Assembly (NCBI GenBank): GCA_032718475.1
Contig: JAUCBJ010000343.1
Span: forward strand, 3,762-67,761
DNA length: 64,000 bases
From: Nemertoderma westbladi
Taxonomy: Eukaryota > Animalia > Xenacoelomorpha
Direction of reading: 5' to 3'
Under the pieces are notes generated by a model. That model was given only the letters and a program-made list of their open reading frames with translations, was not told where the DNA came from and did not search any database. Both the position numbers and the translations under genes were made by a program. Every line of letters starts with the position of its first letter. The stretch's first letter is position 1. Shown here piece by piece: positions 60,592 to 64,000 of the stretch.

Positions 60592-63500
60592 TGGCGGCAA
60601 GTGCCGCTGGTCGAGACGGTACAAGTCGCCTCCTCTATGTCTGGGACCGGAACGCTGGTCTACGGTTTCTTGTCGACTCCGGGGCCGAACTCAGCGTTTT
60701 CCCCGCCTCCCCACGAGAACGGCGCCTCAACACGCCAACCGTTTCCCTCGTCGCAGCAAACGGCAGCCCAATTAAGACTTTCGGAACCCGGGAAATCCCG
60801 CTAAACTTGAATCTGGGCCGGATGAACTGGAAGTTTACCCTCGCCGACGTTTCACAACCGATTCTCGGCGCCGACTTTTTCCGCAACAACGGACTGCTCA
60901 TCGATATAAAGGGGCAACGTATAATCGATGCGAAGACCTTCACCAGTACACCGGCACGTCTTGCCGATACTGTCGCTCCTGGCCTCCATTCCATCGACCA
61001 AACCGACAATATGTACAACAAACTCTTGTCAGAGTTCCCCACTCTAACAGAACCCTGTTTTTCGCAGCCGAGCACCAAACACGGCGTGGAACATCACATA
61101 CCCACGAAAGGGCAGCCGGTTTACGCTCGGCCTCGTCGACTTTCCCCCGAGAAACTCGCCATTGCTCGGCGCGAATTCGAGCAGATGGAGCAGATGGGGA
61201 TCATCCGCCGCTCCTCGAGTACCTGGGCATCCCCGCTCCATCTCGCCCCTAAACCGAACGGCGGTTGGCGCCCCTGCGGAGACTACCGCCGACTCAACGA
61301 CGCGACAATCCCCGACAGATACCCCATTCCACACCTCCAGGATTTCTCCTCCCAACTCGCCGGCACCACAATCTATTCAAAGGTAGACCTGGTCCGGGGA
61401 TACCATCAAATCCCGGTTGCCGAGGAGGACATCCCAAAGACCGCAGTGATCACTCCATTCGGTTTATTCGAATTCCGCCGGATGCCTTTTGGAACCCGTA
61501 ACGCTGCTCAGTCTTTCCAGAGACTCATGGATAATGTCTGCCGGGAGCTCGATTTTGCGTTTATTTACCTCGACGACATCCTTGTCGCGAGTTCCAGCCC
61601 CGAAGAGCACCTCCGACACCTCCGATTGTTGTTCGAACGCCTCACTGCTCATGGACTAATCATAAACGTATCCAAGTGCGTTTTCGGTGTCGCCTCACTC
61701 ACCTTCCTGGGACACAACATCTCCGCCTCCGGTGCAACGCCAATCCCAGAGAAGGTCGAGGCCATCGCGGAGTTTCCCCGTCCAGCCGACAAGAAGGGCC
61801 TCCAACAATTCGTTGGGATTATAAATTTTTATCATCGTTTCATCCCCCAGGCCGCGGAGTTGCTCCATCCACTCCACAGTGCACTCGCTTCGACCGCGAA
61901 GTCCCTTAACTGGACACCCGCCATGGAGTCGGCGTTTGAGAACGCCAAGACCGCGTTGGCCTCCGCAACTCTCCTCGTCCATCCGAGTCACTCCGCCGCC
62001 ACCAGCCTCACCGTGGACGCCTCCGACAAGGCGGTTGGCGGAGTCCTCGAGCAGTTCCTCGACGGACTCTGGCGCCCCGTCGCTTTCTTCTCCCGGAAAC
62101 TGCGACCCGCCGAAACCCGATACAGCGCGTTCGATCGCGAACTCCTCGCAATGTATCTGGGGATCAGGCACTTTCAGTACTTCCTCGAGGGACGTAGATT
62201 CCACACCTACACGGACCACAAACCACTAACCTTCGCTTTCAGCAGCGCCTCCGAACGCTGGTCGCCACGTCAACAGCGCCACCTAGCGTTCGTGTCGGAA
62301 TTTACAACCGACATCCGACACATTGAAGGCAAGTCGAACTTCGTGGCCGACGCCCTCTCCCGGGTCGAACTTGCAGATGCAGATCCCCCGATCGAACTCA
62401 ACGCGACACTCCCCAACCAACACATCGACTACGCCGCATTGTCCCAGGCCCAGTACAACGACCCTGGTGTACAGGCATATCGCACCGCAATCACCAACCT
62501 CGTCCTACAAGACATCCCAGTAGACAATGGTACATTTTCCGTGTTGTGCGACGTGTCCACCTCCCGCCCACGTCCGATCATTCCGGACCAATGGCGTCGC
62601 CGGATTTTCAACGCCATCCACGACCTTTCCCACCCCTCAATACGTTCATCCCGCCGCCTCATTGCCAAACGTTTCGTCTGGCACGGTTTACACCGCGATG
62701 TCGGGAAGTGGGCCAAGGAGTGCGTCGGTTGCCAGCGGGCTAAAACTCAGCGCCACGTCTCCGCCCCACTCGAACGTTTTGAAACCCCAGACAGACGCTT
62801 TGAGAAGATCCACGTCGACATCGTGGGTCCCCTTCCTCCTTCTCAAGGCGCCTGTTACTTGTTTACCATTGTAGACCGATTCACCCGATGGCCCACGGCC
62901 GTCCCAATGGCTGACTCCACCACTGTCTCCTGCGCCCGTGCACTGCTCGCCCATTGGGTGGCCCACTACGGCGTCCCGGCACACATCTCGTCGGACCGTG
63001 GATCCCAGTTTACGTCCGAACTGTGGGCCTCCCTCAACGAGTTGCTCGGCTCCCATGCCCACCACACCACAGCCTACCACCCACAGTCCAACGGCATCGT
63101 GGAACGATTCCACCGGCAGCTTAAGGCGTCCCTTAAAGCTCGCCTCCGCGGCCCGAACTGGGTGGATGAACTCCCGATCGTCCTCCTCGGGATACGGACT
63201 ACCCCGAAAGAAGACCTCGGCTGCACATCAGCCGAACTCCTCTACGGGACAACGATTCGCCTCCCCGGAGAGTTCTTCTCATCCTCCGAACTCTCGAGCG
63301 ACACTCGTCCCGACCACGGCGAGTTTATCACTGGCCTCAGGAACTCGATGCGCCGCCTTCGCGCAACACCAACGACCAGCCATGGCCAGGAACACCGCCA
63401 CACACACGTCCCGTCTGACCTGCTGCGAACGGACAACGTCTTTGTCCGCCATGACGCCCACAAAGGCCCTCTGCAGTGTCAGTACGACGGCCCCTTCCGC

Positions 63501-63749
63501 GTTCTGGCACGGGCGGACAAGTTTTACACACTGTCTGTCAACGGTCGTTCGACCAACGTCTCTGTCGACCGCCTGAAGCAAGCTTTCGTGGACGACACAC
63601 CCACCCTGGTGGATACCACCACCCAAAACCCACCCTGTACACCGGAACAAACTGTTCAACCGCGACCCGCCGTAACAACTCGATCTGGACGCGTTTCACA
63701 ACAGCCCACGCGTTTTACAGGAACCAAAACACCTTGGGTTTATCACTAG
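60555..63749 (+). CDS. pol: Gypsy Pol (PR-RT-RNase H-IN), in -1 frame to gag
   Basis: LVDSGA; [11 protein letters not shown]; YLDD; VDASD/RELLA/TDHKPL; H...HP...CVGC; HVDIVGP; SDRGSQF; NGIVERFH; YDGPF. Confidence 0.95.
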   Translation: MFLLGKRPDQPLMAASAAGRDGTSRLLYVWDRNAGLRFLVDSGAELSVFPASPRERRLNTPTVSLVAANGSPIKTFGTREIPLNLNLGRMNWKFTLADVSQPILGADFFRNNGLLIDIKGQRIIDAKTFTSTPARLADTVAPGLHSIDQTDNMYNKLLSEFPTLTEPCFSQPSTKHGVEHHIPTKGQPVYARPRRLSPEKLAIARREFEQMEQMGIIRRSSSTWASPLHLAPKPNGGWRPCGDYRRLNDATIPDRYPIPHLQDFSSQLAGTTIYSKVDLVRGYHQIPVAEEDIPKTAVITPFGLFEFRRMPFGTRNAAQSFQRLMDNVCRELDFAFIYLDDILVASSSPEEHLRHLRLLFERLTAHGLIINVSKCVFGVASLTFLGHNISASGATPIPEKVEAIAEFPRPADKKGLQQFVGIINFYHRFIPQAAELLHPLHSALASTAKSLNWTPAMESAFENAKTALASATLLVHPSHSAATSLTVDASDKAVGGVLEQFLDGLWRPVAFFSRKLRPAETRYSAFDRELLAMYLGIRHFQYFLEGRRFHTYTDHKPLTFAFSSASERWSPRQQRHLAFVSEFTTDIRHIEGKSNFVADALSRVELADADPPIELNATLPNQHIDYAALSQAQYNDPGVQAYRTAITNLVLQDIPVDNGTFSVLCDVSTSRPRPIIPDQWRRRIFNAIHDLSHPSIRSSRRLIAKRFVWHGLHRDVGKWAKECVGCQRAKTQRHVSAPLERFETPDRRFEKIHVDIVGPLPPSQGACYLFTIVDRFTRWPTAVPMADSTTVSCARALLAHWVAHYGVPAHISSDRGSQFTSELWASLNELLGSHAHHTTAYHPQSNGIVERFHRQLKASLKARLRGPNWVDELPIVLLGIRTTPKEDLGCTSAELLYGTTIRLPGEFFSSSELSSDTRPDHGEFITGLRNSMRRLRATPTTSHGQEHRHTHVPSDLLRTDNVFVRHDAHKGPLQCQYDGPFRVLARADKFYTLSVNGRSTNVSVDRLKQAFVDDTPTLVDTTTQNPPCTPEQTVQPRPAVTTRSGRVSQQPTRFTGTKTPWVYH
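60567..60613 (+). promoter_or_regulatory. -1 ribosomal frameshift signal
   Basis: Slippery G GGA AAC (60567-60573) in the gag frame, followed by the stem CGACCAGC (60578-60585) / GCTGGTCG (60606-60613). Confidence 0.75.
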
Positions 63750-64000
63750 GGGGGGTGGTGTAGCGGACTGCCCCTTCGGGGCTAATGGTCACTGATAACC
63801 CGTGTTTTTGCTTGGTTGATCTCTGTGGCAACTGCGGGGGTTTCCTAGCAACTAGATCAACATTGAGTTCATATATATATATCTACCTACTGACCTAGTT
63901 CAAGACCTACCGGTACCTAACGGCCTATATTGTTTCATTACACGATATCATTATATATAATAACCTTTTGATATAATATAAGAAGTTGGAAGGCTAGAGG

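Larger units (their letters stand above)
59748..64000 (+). mobile_element. Ty3/Gypsy LTR retrotransposon, CsRn1-like clade; 5' LTR truncated, 3' LTR runs off the window
   Basis: LTR remnant 59748-59866 matches 63905-64000. The 3' LTR starts TG at 63759 after a G-rich PPT. gag and pol are uninterrupted. Confidence 0.92.

Noticed and set aside
60601-63763. Many overlapping and antisense ORFs in the Gypsy pol
   Set aside because: Expected shadows of a GC-rich coding region.

Overview
Eukaryotic (invertebrate animal-like), repeat-dense genomic DNA with GT-AG introns. Host genes: a two-exon secreted fibrinogen-domain (FReD) gene (195-2300), a 1012-aa C2H2/C2HC zinc-finger ORF (6734-9772, -) and the first two coding exons of a TCF25/Rqc1-like gene (46767-48877). 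The rest is mobile DNA: a four-level nest of non-autonomous DNA transposons with clear TSDs (10057-18198), a 6.1-kb internally deleted Bel/Pao LTR element (20271-26416), an 18.3-kb Bel/Pao element (27721-46065), a 5'-truncated REL-endonuclease non-LTR fragment, a decayed hATm-like transposase whose conserved motif has been amplified into a 63-bp satellite, a MULE/SWIM transposase, and a young CsRn1-clade Gypsy element with a tRNA-Trp PBS and a -1 frameshift site. Most notable: (i) both Bel/Pao elements lack a TGG tRNA primer-binding site, and the 10-12 nt right after the 5' LTR are perfectly complementary to a sequence inside their own LTR, a Tf1-like self-priming signature; (ii) the large element carries an intact extra 1401-aa ORF with a WRN/EXD-type DEDDy 3'-5' exonuclease-like domain and zinc knuckles, preceded by two copies of a covarying pseudoknot-like RNA structure; (iii) a minisatellite made of consensus 5' splice sites begins at a real exon donor; (iv) pervasive TA-flanked micro-insertions that look like transposon excision footprints. 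All family assignments come from motif recognition by eye; no searches were run.
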